Shown here in pieces: positions 12,701-24,900 of a DNA stretch of 64,000 nt (the first letter of the stretch is position 1; each line of letters begins with the position of its first letter). Both the position numbers and the translations under genes were made by a program. The DNA lies in the NCBI GenBank assembly GCA_964016885.1, contig OZ024759.1, positions 5,890,001 to 5,954,000 of the forward strand. Direction: 5' to 3'. The stretch comes from Eledone cirrhosa (lineage: Eukaryota). The notes below the pieces were generated by a model. The model had not been told where the DNA came from and did not search any database. It worked only from the letters and a program-made list of their open reading frames with translations.

Positions 12701-15020
12701 ATTTAAGTTCATGGTATTAGCTGTCAGAAGTAACTCCACTGTTGGTGAGAATTCATTTAAGTTCATGGTATTAGTTTGTCAGAAGTAACTCCACTGTTGG
12801 TGAGAATTCATTTAAGTCATGGTATTAGCTGTCAGAAGTAACTCCACTGTTGGTGAGAATTCATTTAAGTCATGGTATTAGCTGTCAGAAGTAACTCCAC
12901 TGTTGGTGAGAATTCACTTAAGTTCATGGTACTAGTTGTCAGAAGTAACTCCACTGTTGGTGAGAATTCATTTAAGTTCATGGTATTAGCTGTCAGAAGG
13001 AACTCCACTGTTGGTGAGAATTCATTTAAGTTCATGGTATTAGCTGTCAGAAGTAACTCCACTGTTGGTGAGAATTCATTTAAGTTCATAGTACTAGTTG
13101 TCAGAAGTAACTCCACTGTTGGTGAGAATTCATTTAAGTTCATGGTATTAGTTGTCAGAAGTAACTCCACTGTTGGTGAGAATTCATTTAAGTCATGGTA
13201 TTAGTTGTCAGAAGTAACTCCAATGTTGGTGAGAATTCATTTAAGTTCATGGTACTAGCTGTCAGAAGTAACTCCACTGTTGGTGAGAATTCATTTAAGT
13301 TCATGGTATTAGCTGTCAGAAGTAACTCCACTGTTGGTGAGAATTCATTTAAGTCATGGTATTAGCTGTCAATAGTAACTCCATTGTTGGTGAGAATTCA
13401 TTTAAGTCATGGTACTAGCTGTCAGAAGTAACTCCACTGTTGGTGAGAATTCATTTAAGTTCATGGTACTAGCTGTCAGAAGTAACTCCACTGTTGGTGA
13501 GAATTCATTTAAGTTCATGGTATTAGTTTGTCAGAAGTAACTCCACTGTTGGTGAGAATTCATTTAAGTCATGGTATTAGTTGTCAGAAGTAACTCCAAT
13601 GTTGGTGAGAATTTTATTTAAGTCATGGTACTAGCCGTCAGAAGTAACTCCAATGTTGGTGAGAATTCATTTAAGTTCATGGTATTAGCTGTCAGAAGGA
13701 ACTCCACTGTTGGTGAGAATTCATTTAAGTCATGGTATTAGCTGTCAGAAGTAACTCCACTGTTGGTGAGAATTCATTTAAGTTCATGGTATTAGCTGTC
13801 AGAAGGAACTCCACTGTTGGTGAGAATTCATTTAAGTTCATGGTACTAGCTGTCAGAAGTAACTCCACTGTTGGTGAGAATTCATTTAAGTTCATGGTAT
13901 TAGTTTGTCAGAAGTAACTCCACTGTTGGTGAGAATTCATTTAAGTCATGGTATTAGTTGTCAGAAGTAACTCCAATGTTGGTGAGAATTCATTTAAGTC
14001 ACGGTACTAGCCGTCAGAAGTAACTCCAATGTTGGTGAGAATTCATTTAAGTTCATGGTATTAGCTGTCAGAAGGAACTCCACTGTTGGTGAGAATTCAT
14101 TTAAGTTCATGGTATTAGCTGTCAGAAGTAACTCCACTGTTGGTGAGAATTCATTTAAGTTCATGGTACTAGCTGTCAGAAGTAACTCCAATGTTGGTGA
14201 GAATTCATTTAAGTTCATGGTATTAGCTGTCAGAAGTAACTCCACTGTTGGTGAGAATTCATTTAAGTCATGGTATTAGCTGTCAGAAGTAACTCCAATG
14301 TTGGTGAGAATTCATTTAAGTTCATGGTATTAGCTGTCAGAAGTAACTCCACTGTTGGTGAGAATTCATTTAAGTTCATGGTATTAGCTGTCAGAAGTAA
14401 CTCCACTGTTGGTGAGAATTCATTTAAGTTCATGGTACTAGCTGTCAGAAGTAACTCCACTGTTGGTGAGAATTCATTTAAGTTCATGGTATTAGCTGTC
14501 AGAAGTAACTCCAGTGTTGGTGAGAATTCATTTAAGTTCATGGTATTAGCTGTCAGAAGTAACTCCACTGTTGGTGAGAATTCATTTAAGTTCATGGTAT
14601 TAGCTGTCAGAAGTAACTCCACTGTTGGTGAGAATTCATTTAAGTTCATGGTACTAGCTGTCAGAAGTAACTCCACTGTTGGTGAGAATTCATTTAAGTT
14701 CATGGTATTAGTTTGTCAGAAGTAACTCCACTGTTGGTGAGAATTCATTTAAGTCATGGTATTAGTTGTCAGAAGTAACTCCAATGTTGGTGAGAATTCA
14801 TTTAAGTTCATGGTATTAGCTGTCAGAAGTAACTCCACTGTTGGTGAGAATTCATTTAAGTTCATGTTATTAGCTGTCAGAAGTAACTCCACTGTTGGTG
14901 AGAATTCATTTAAGTCATGGTATTAGGTGTCAGAAGTAACTCCATTGTTGGTGAGAATTCATTTAAGTCATGGTACTTGCTGTCAGAAGTAACTCCACTG
15001 TTGGTGAGAATTCATTTAAG
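5300..15020. repeat. 4840-bp (90-monomer) tandem duplication (2689 + 2151 bp), nested over the 50-mer HOR
   Basis: ORF pairs 5336/10176, 7219/12059, 8025/12865 and 9423/14263 are offset by 4840. Marker TTCATGTTAT is at 10021 and 14861, and TAGGTG and TACTTG are offset likewise. Confidence 0.92.
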
Positions 15021-18000
15021 TTCATGGTATTAGCTGTCAGAAGGAACTCCACTGTTGGTGAGAATTCATTTAAGGTCATGGTACTAGCTGTCAGAAGTAA
15101 CTCCACTGTTGGTGAAAATTCATTTAAGTTCATGGTATTAGTTTGTCAGAAGTAACTCCACTGTTGGTGAGAATTCATTTAAGTCATGGTATTAGTTGTC
15201 AGAAGTAACTCCAATGTTGGTGAGAATTCATTTAAGTCATGGTACTAGCTGTCAGAAGTAACTCCAATGTTGGTGAGAATTCATTTAAGTTCATGGTATT
15301 AGCTGTAAGAAGGAACTCCACTGTTGGTGAGAATTCATTTAAGTTCATGGTATTAGCTGTCAGAAGTAACTCCACTGTTGGTGAGAATTCATTTAAGTTC
15401 ATGGTACTAGCTGTCAGAAGTAACTCCAATGTTGGTGAGAATTCATTTAAGTTCATGGTATTAGCTGTCAGAAGTAACTCCACTGTTGGTGAGAATTCAT
15501 TTAAGTCATGGTATTAGCTGTCAGAAGTAACTCCAATGTTGGTGGAATTCATTTAAGTTCATGGTATTAGCTGTCAGAAGTAACTCCACTGTTGGTGAGA
15601 ATTCATTTAAGTTCATGGTATTAGTTTGTCAGAAGTAACTCCACTGTTGGTGAGAATTCATTTAAGTCATGGTATTAGCTGTCAGAAGTAACTCCACTGT
15701 TGGTGAGAATTCATTTAAGTCATGGTATTAGCTGTCAGAAGTAACTCCACTGTTGGTGAGAATTCATTTAAGTTCATGGTACTAGCTGTCAGAAGTAACT
15801 CCACTGTTGGTGAGAATTCATTTAAGTCATGGTATTAGCTGTCAGAAGTAACTCCATCGTTGGTGAGAATTCATTTAAGTCATGGTACTAGCTGTCAGAA
15901 GTAACTCCACTGTTGGTGAGAATTCATTTAAGTTCATGGTATTAGCTGTCAGAAGGAACTCCACTGTTGGTGAGAATTCATTTAAGTTCATGGTACTAGC
16001 TGTCAGAAGTAACTCCACTGTTGGTGAGAATTCATTTAAGTTCATGGTATTAGTTTGTCAGAAGTAACTCCACTGTTGGTGAGAATTCATTTAAGTCATG
16101 GTATTAGTTGTCAGAAGTAACTCCAATGTTGGTGAGAATTCATTTAAGTCATGGTACTAGCTGTCAGAAGTAACTCCAATGTTGGTGAGAATTCATTTAA
16201 GTTCATGGTATTAGCTGTCAGAAGGAACTCCACTGTTGGTGAGAATTCATTTAAGTTCATGGTATTAGCTGTCAGAAGTAAATCCACTGTTGGTGAGAAT
16301 TCATTTAAGTTCATGGTACTAGCTGTCAGAAGTAACTCCAATATTGGTGAGAATTCATTTAAGTTCATGGTATTAGCTGTCAGAAGTAACTCCACTGTTG
16401 GTGAGAATTCATTTAAGTTCATGGTATTAGCTGTCAGAAGTAACTCCACTGTTGGTGAGAATTCATTTAAGATCATGGTATTACCTGTCAGAGGTAACTC
16501 CACAGTTGGTGAGAATTCATTTAAGTTCATGGTACTACCTGTCAGAAGTAACTCCACTGTTGGTGAGAATTCATTTAAGTTCATGGTATTAGTTTGTCAG
16601 AAGTAACTCCACTGTTGGTGAGAATTCATTTAAGTCATGGTATTAGTTGTCAGAAGTAACTCCAATGTTGGTGAGAATTCATTTAAGTTCATGGTACTAG
16701 CTGTCAGAAGTAACTCCACTGTTGGTGAGAATTCATTTAAGTCATGGTATTAGTTGTAAGAAGTAACTCCAATGTTGGTGAGAATTTTATTTAAGTCATG
16801 GTACTAGCCGTCAGAAGTAACTCCAATGTTGGTGAGAATTCATTTAAGTTCATGGTATTAGCTGTCAGAAGGAACTCCACTGTTGGTGAGAATTCATTTA
16901 AGTCATGGTATTAGCTGTCAGAAGTAACTCCACTGTTGGTGAGAATTCATTTAAGTTCATGGTATTAGCTGTCAGAAGGAACTCCACTGTTGGTGAGAAT
17001 TCATTTAAGTTCATGGTACTAGCTGTCAGAAGTAACTCCACTGTTGGTGAGAATTCATTTAAGTTCATGGTATTAGTTTGTCAGAAGTAACTCCACTGTT
17101 GGTGAGAATTCATTTAAGTCATGGTATTAGTTGTCAGAAGTAACTCCAATGTTGGTGAGAATTCATTTAAGTCACGGTACTAGCCGTCAGAAGTAACTCC
17201 AATGTTGGTGAGAATTCATTTAAGTTCATGGTATTAGCTGTCAGAAGGAACTCCACTGTTGGTGAGAATTCATTTAAGTTCATGGTATTAGCTGTCAGAA
17301 GTAACTCCACTGTTGGTGAGAATTCATTTAAGTTCATGGTACTAGCTGTCAGAAGTAACTCCAATGTTGGTGAGAATTCATTTAAGTTCATGGTATTAGC
17401 TGTCAGAAGTAACTCCACTGTTAGTGAGAATTCATTTAAGTCATGGTATTAGCTGTCAGAAGTAACTCCAATGTTGGTGAGAATTCATTTAAGTTCATGG
17501 TATTAGCTGTCAGAAGTAACTCCACTGTTGGTGAGAATTCATTTAAGTTCATGGTATTAGCTGTCAGAAGTAACTCCACTGTTGGTGAGAATTCATTTAA
17601 GTTCATGGTACTAGCTGTCAGAAGTAACTCCACTGTTGGTGAGAATTCATTTAAGTTCATGGTATTAGCTGTCAGAAGTAACTCCAGTGTTGGTGAGAAT
17701 TCATTTAAGTTCATGGTATTAGCTGTCAGAAGTAACTCCACTGTTGGTGAGAATTCATTTAAGTTCATGGTATTAGCTGTCAGAAGTAACTCCACTGTTG
17801 GTGAGAATTCATTTAAGTTCATGGTACTAGCTGTCAGAAGTAACTCCACTGTTGGTGAGAATTCATTTAAGTTCATGGTATTAGTTTGTCAGAAGTAACT
17901 CCACTGTTGGTGAGAATTCATTTAAGTCATGGTATTAGTTGTCAGAAGTAACTCCAATGTTGGTGAGAATTCATTTAAGTTCATGGTATTAGCTGTCAGA

Positions 18001-18990
18001 AGTAACTCCACTGTTGGTGAGAATTCATTTAAGTTCATGTTATTAGCTGTCAGAAGTAACTCCACTGTTGGTGAGAATTCATTTAAGTCATGGTATTAGG
18101 TGTCAGAAGTAACTCCATTGTTGGTGAGAATTCATTTAAGTCATGGTACTTGCTGTCAGAAGTAACTCCACTGTTGGTGAGAATTCATTTAAGTTCATGG
18201 TATTAGCTGTCAGAAGGAACTCCACTGTTGGTGAGAATTCATTTAAGGTCATGGTACTAGCTGTCAGAAGTAACTCCACTGTTGGTGAGAATTCATTTAA
18301 GTTCATGGTATTAGTTTGTCAGAAGTAACTCCACTGTTGGTGAGAATTCATTTAAGTCATGGTATTAGTTGTCAGAAGTAACTCCAATGTTGGTGAGAAT
18401 TCATTTAAGTCATGGTACTAGCTGTCAGAAGTAACTCCAATGTTGGTGAGAATTCATTTAAGTTCATGGTATTAGCTGTCAGAAGGAACTCCACTGTTGG
18501 TGAGAATTCATTTAAGTTCATGGTATTAGCTGTCAGAAGTAACTCCACTGTTGGTGAGAATTCATTTAAGTTCATGGTACTAGCTGTCAGAAGTAACTCC
18601 AATGTTGGTGAGAATTCATTTAAGTTCATGGTATTAGCTGTCAGAAGTAACTCCACTGTTGCTGAGAATTCATTTAAGTCATGGTATTAGCTGTCAGAAG
18701 TAACTCCAATGTTGGTGGGAATTCATTTAAGTTCATGGTATTAGCTGTCAGAAGTAACTCCACTGTTGGTGAGAATTCATTTAAGTTCATGGTATTAGTT
18801 TGTCAGAAGTAACTCCACTGTTGGTGAGAATTCATTTAAGTCATGGTATTAGCTGTCAGAAGTAACTCCACTGTTGGTGAGAATTCATTTAAGTCATGGT
18901 ATTAGCTGTCAGAAGTAACTCCACTGTTGGTGAGAATTCATTTAAGTTCATGGTACTAGCTGTCAGAAGTAACTCCACTGTTGGTGAGAA
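13560..18990. repeat. Block repeated at a 3173-bp (59-monomer) offset
   Basis: ORF pairs 13732/16905, 14263/17436, 14970/18143 and 15232/18405 are offset by 3173. AAGGTCATG marker at about 15072 and 18245. Confidence 0.85.
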
Positions 18991-19199
18991 TTCATTTAAG
19001 TTCATGGTATTAGCTGTCAGAAGTAACTCCACTGTTGGTGAGAATTCATTTAAGTCATGGTATTAGCTGTCAGAAGTAACTCCATTGTTGGTGAGAATTC
19101 ATTTAAGTCATGGTACTAGCTGTCAGAAGTAACTCCACTGTTGGTGAGAATTCATTTAAGTTCATGGTATTAGCTGTCAGAAGGAACTCCACTGTTGGT

Positions 19200-21940
19200 G
19201 AGAATTCATTTAAGTTCATGGTATTAGTTTGTCAGAAGTAACTCCACTGTTGGTGAGAATTCATTTAAGTCATGGTATTAGTTGTCAGAAGTAACTCCAA
19301 TGTTGGTGAGAATTCATTTAAGTCATGGTACTAGCCGTCAGAAGTAACTCCAATGTTGGTGAGAATTCATTTAAGTTCATGGTATTAGCTGTCAGAAGGA
19401 ACTCCACTGTTGGTGAGAATTCATTTAAGTTCATGGTACTAGCTGTCAGAAGTAACTCCAATGTTGGTGAGAATTCATTTAAGTTCATGGTATTAGCTGT
19501 CAGAAGTAACTCCACTGTTGGTGAGAATTCATTTAAGTCAAGGTATTAGCTGTCAGAAGTAACTCCACTGTTGGTGAGAATTCATTTAAGTTCATGGTAT
19601 TAGCTGTCAGAAGGAACTCCACTGTTGGTGAGAATTCATTTAAGTTCATGGTACTAGCTGTCAGAAGTAACTCCACTGTTGGTGAGAATTCATTTAAGTT
19701 CATGGTATTAGTTTGTCAGAAGTAACTCCACTGTTGGTGAGAATTCATTTAAGTCATGGTATTAGTTGTCAGAAGTAACTCCAATGTTGGTGAGAATTCA
19801 TTTAAGTCATGGTACTAGCCGTCAGAAGTAACTCCAATGTTGGTGAGAATTCATTTAAGTTCATGGTATTAGCTGTCAGAAGGAACTCCACTGTTGGTGA
19901 GATTTCATTTAAGTTCATGGTATTAGCTGTCATAAGTAACTCCACTGTTGGTGAGAATTCATTTAAGTTCATGGTACTAGCTGTCAGAAGTAACTCCAAT
20001 GTTGGTGAGAATTCATTTAAGTTCATGGTATTAGCTGTCAGAAGTAACTCCACTGTTGGTGAGAATTCATTTAAGTCATGGTATTAGCTGTCAGAAGTAA
20101 CTCCAATGTTGGTGAGAATTCATTTAAGTCATGGTACTAGCTGTCAGAAGTAACTCCAATGTTGGTGAGAATTCATTTAAGTTCATGGTATTAGCTGTCA
20201 GAAGGAACTCCACTGTTGGTGAGAATTCATTTAAGTTCATGGTATTAGCTGTCAGAAGTAACTCCACTGTTGGTGAGAATTCATTTAAGTTCATGGTACT
20301 AGCTGTCAGAAGTAACTCCAATGTTGGTGAGAATTCATTTAAGTTCATGGTATTAGCTGTCAGAAGTAACTCCACTGTTGGTGAGAATTCATTTAAGTCA
20401 TGGTATTAGCTGTCAGAAGTAACTCCAATGTTGGTGAGAATTCATTTAACTTCATGGTATTAGCTGTCAGAAGTAACTCCACTGTTGGTGAGAATTCATT
20501 TAAGTTCATGGTATTAGTTTGTCAGAAGTAACTCCACTGTTGGTGAGAATTCATTTAAGTCATGGTATTAGCTGTCAGAAGTAACTCCACTGTTGGTGAG
20601 AATTCATTTAAGTCATGGTATTAGCTGTCAGAAGTAACTCCACTGTTGGTGAGAATTCACTTAAGTTCATGGTACTAGTTGTCAGAAGTAACTCCACTGT
20701 TGGTGAGAATTCATTTAAGTTCATGGTATTAGCTGTCAGAAGGAACTCCACTGTTGGTGAGAATTCATTTAAGTTCATGGTATTAGCTGTCAGAAGTAAC
20801 TCCACTGTTGGTGAGAATTCATTTAAGTTCATAGTACTAGTTGTCAGAAGTAACTCCACTGTTGGTGAGAATTCATTTAAGTTCATGGTATTAGTTGTCA
20901 GAAGTAACTCCACTGTTGGTGAGAATTCATTTAAGTCATGGTATTAGTTGTCAGAAGTAACTCCAATGTTGGTGAGAATTCATTTAAGTTCATGGTACTA
21001 GCTGTCAGAAGTAACTCCACTGTTGGTGAGAATTCATTTAAGTTCATGGTATTAGCTGTCAGAAGTAACTCCACTGTTGGTGAGAATTCATTTAAGTCAT
21101 GGTATTAGCTGTCAATAGTAACTCCATTGTTGGTGAGAATTCATTTAAGTCATGGTACTAGCTGTCAGAAGTAACTCCACTGTTGGTGAGAATTCATTTA
21201 AGTTCATGGTACTAGCTGTCAGAAGTAACTCCACTGTTGGTGAGAATTCATTTAAGTTCATGGTATTAGTTTGTCAGAAGTAACTCCACTGTTGGTGAGA
21301 ATTCATTTAAGTCATGGTATTAGTTGTCAGAAGTAACTCCAATGTTGGTGAGAATTTTATTTAAGTCATGGTACTAGCCGTCAGAAGTAACTCCAATGTT
21401 GGTGAGAATTCATTTAAGTTCATGGTATTAGCTGTCAGAAGGAACTCCACTGTTGGTGAGAATTCATTTAAGTCATGGTATTAGCTGTCAGAAGTAACTC
21501 CACTGTTGGTGAGAATTCATTTAAGTTCATGGTATTAGCTGTCAGAAGGAACTCCACTGTTGGTGAGAATTCATTTAAGTTCATGGTACTAGCTGTCAGA
21601 AGTAACTCCACTGTTGGTGAGAATTCATTTAAGTTCATGGTATTAGTTTGTCAGAAGTAACTCCACTGTTGGTGAGAATTCATTTAAGTCATGGTATTAG
21701 TTGTCAGAAGTAACTCCAATGTTGGTGAGAATTCATTTAAGTCACGGTACTAGCCGTCAGAAGTAACTCCAATGTTGGTGAGAATTCATTTAAGTTCATG
21801 GTATTAGCTGTCAGAAGGAACTCCACTGTTGGTGAGAATTCATTTAAGTTCATGGTATTAGCTGTCAGAAGTAACTCCACTGTTGGTGAGAATTCATTTA
21901 AGTTCATGGTACTAGCTGTCAGAAGTAACTCCAATGTTGG
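19200..21940. repeat. Long-range copy (offset 15272 bp) of the block at about 3950-6670
   Basis: ORF pairs 4046/19318, 4530/19802, 4852/20124, 5336/20608 and 6203/21475. The rare marker AAGTCAAGG was seen only at about 4263 and 19535. Confidence 0.88.
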
Positions 21941-24900
21941 TGAAAATTCATTTAAGTTCATGGTATTAGTTTGTCAGAAGTAACTCCACTGTTGGTGAGA
22001 ATTCATTTAAGTCATGGTATTAGTTGTCAGAAGTAACTCCAATGTTGGTGAGAATTCATTTAAGTCATGGTACTAGCTGTCAGAAGTAACTCCAATGTTG
22101 GTGAGAATTCATTTAAGTTCATGGTATTAGCTGTAAGAAGGAACTCCACTGTTGGTGAGAATTCATTTAAGTTCATGGTATTAGCTGTCAGAAGTAACTC
22201 CACTGTTGGTGAGAATTCATTTAAGTTCATGGTACTAGCTGTCAGAAGTAACTCCAATGTTGGTGAGAATTCATTTAAGTTCATGGTATTAGCTGTCAGA
22301 AGTAACTCCACTGTTGGTGAGAATTCATTTAAGCCATGGTATTAGCTGTCAGAAGTAACTCCAATGTTGGTGGGAATTCATTTAAGTTCATGGTATTAGC
22401 TGTCAGAAGTAACTCCACTGTTGGTGAGAATTCATTTAAGTTCATGGTATTAGTTTGTCAGAAGTAACTCCACTGTTGGTGAGAATTCATTTAAGTCATG
22501 GTATTAGCTGTCAGAAGTAACTCCACTGTTGGTGAGAATTCATTTAAGTCATGGTATTAGCTGTCAGAAGTAACTCCACTGTTGGTGAGAATTCATTTAA
22601 GTTCATGGTACTAGCTGTCAGAAGTAACTCCACTGTTGGTGAGAATTCATTTAAGTTCATGGTATTAGCTGTCAGAAGTAACTCCACTGTTGGTGAGAAT
22701 TCATTTAAGTCATGGTATTAGCTGTCAGAAGTAACTCCATTGTTGGTGAGAATTCATTTAAGTCATGGTACTAGCTGTCAGAAGTAACTCCACTGTTGGT
22801 GAGAATTCATTTAAGTTCATGGTATTAGCTGTCAGAAGGAACTCCACTGTTGGTGAGATTTCATTTAAGTTCATGGTACTAGCTGTCAGAAGTAACTCCA
22901 CTGTTGGTGAGAATTCATTTAAGTTCATGGTATTAGTTTGTCAGAAGTAACTCCACTGTTGGTGAGAATTCATTTAAGTCATGGTATTAGTTGTCAGAAG
23001 TAACTCCAATGTTGGTGAGAATTCATTTAAGTCATGGTACTAGCTGTCAGAAGTAACTCCAATGTTGGTGAGAATTCATTTAAGTTCATGGTATTAGCTG
23101 TCAGAAGGAACTCCACTGTTGGTGAGAATTCATTTAAGTTCATGGTATTAGCTGTCAGAAGTAACTCCACTGTTGGTGAGAATTCATTTAAGTTCATGGT
23201 ACTAGCTGTCAGAAGTAACTCCAATATTGGTGAGAATTCATTTAAGTTCATGGTATTAGCTGTCAGAAGTAACTCCACTGTTGGTGAGAATTCATTTAAG
23301 TTCATGGTATTAGCTGTCAGAAGTAACTCCACTGTTGGTGAGAATTCATTTAAGATCATGGTATTAGCTGTCAGAAGTAACTCCACAGTTGGTGAGAATT
23401 CATTTAAGTTCATGGTACTACCTGTCAGAAGTAACTCCAATGTTGGTGAGAATTCATTTAACTTCATGGTATTAGCTGTCAGAAGTAACTCCACTGTTGG
23501 TGAGAATTCATTTAAGTTCATGGTATTAGTTTGTCAGAAGTAACTCCACTGTTGGTGAGAATTCATTTAAGTCATGGTATTAGCTGTCAGAAGTAACTCC
23601 ACTGTTGGTGAGAATTCATTTAAGTCATGGTATTAGCTGTCAGAAGTAACTCCACTGTTGGTGAGAATTCACTTAAGTTCATGGTACTAGTTGTCAGAAG
23701 TAACTCCACTGTTGGTGAGAATTCATTTAAGTTCATGGTATTAGCTGTCAGAAGGAACTCCACTGTTGGTGAGAATTCATTTAAGTTCATGGTATTAGCT
23801 GTCAGAAGTAACTCCACTGTTGGTGAGAATTCATTTAAGTTCATAGTACTAGTTGTCAGAAGTAACTCCACTGTTGGTGAGAATTCATTTAAGTTCATGG
23901 TATTAGTTGTCAGAAGTAACTCCACTGTTGGTGAGAATTCATTTAAGTCATGGTATTAGTTGTCAGAAGTAACTCCAATGTTGGTGAGAATTCATTTAAG
24001 TTCATGGTACTAGCTGTCAGAAGTAACTCCACTGTTGGTGAGAATTCATTTAAGTTCATGGTATTAGCTGTCAGAAGTAACTCCACTGTTGGTGAGAATT
24101 CATTTAAGTCATGGTATTAGCTGTCAATAGTAACTCCATTGTTGGTGAGAATTCATTTAAGTCATGGTACTAGCTGTCAGAAGTAACTCCACTGTTGGTG
24201 AGAATTCATTTAAGTTCATGGTACTAGCTGTCAGAAGTAACTCCACTGTTGGTGAGAATTCATTTAAGTTCATGGTATTAGTTTGTCAGAAGTAACTCCA
24301 CTGTTGGTGAGAATTCATTTAAGTCATGGTATTAGTTGTCAGAAGTAACTCCAATGTTGGTGAGAATTTTATTTAAGTCATGGTACTAGCCGTCAGAAGT
24401 AACTCCAATGTTGGTGAGAATTCATTTAAGTTCATGGTATTAGCTGTCAGAAGGAACTCCACTGTTGGTGAGAATTCATTTAAGTCATGGTATTAGCTGT
24501 CAGAAGTAACTCCACTGTTGGTGAGAATTCATTTAAGTTCATGGTATTAGCTGTCAGAAGGAACTCCACTGTTGGTGAGAATTCATTTAAGTTCATGGTA
24601 CTAGCTGTCAGAAGTAACTCCACTGTTGGTGAGAATTCATTTAAGTTCATGGTATTAGTTTGTCAGAAGTAACTCCACTGTTGGTGAGAATTCATTTAAG
24701 TCATGGTATTAGTTGTCAGAAGTAACTCCAATGTTGGTGAGAATTCATTTAAGTCACGGTACTAGCCGTCAGAAGTAACTCCAATGTTGGTGAGAATTCA
24801 TTTAAGTTCATGGTATTAGCTGTCAGAAGGAACTCCACTGTTGGTGAGAATTCATTTAAGTTCATGGTATTAGCTGTCAGAAGTAACTCCACTGTTGGTG

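Noticed and set aside
15541-15550. Unique GGTGGAATTC 1-bp deletion as a distinct monomer class
   Set aside because: Sister copies read GGTGGGAATTC (e.g. about 18714, 22369, 26296). A single G loss in a homopolymer could be a sequencing error.
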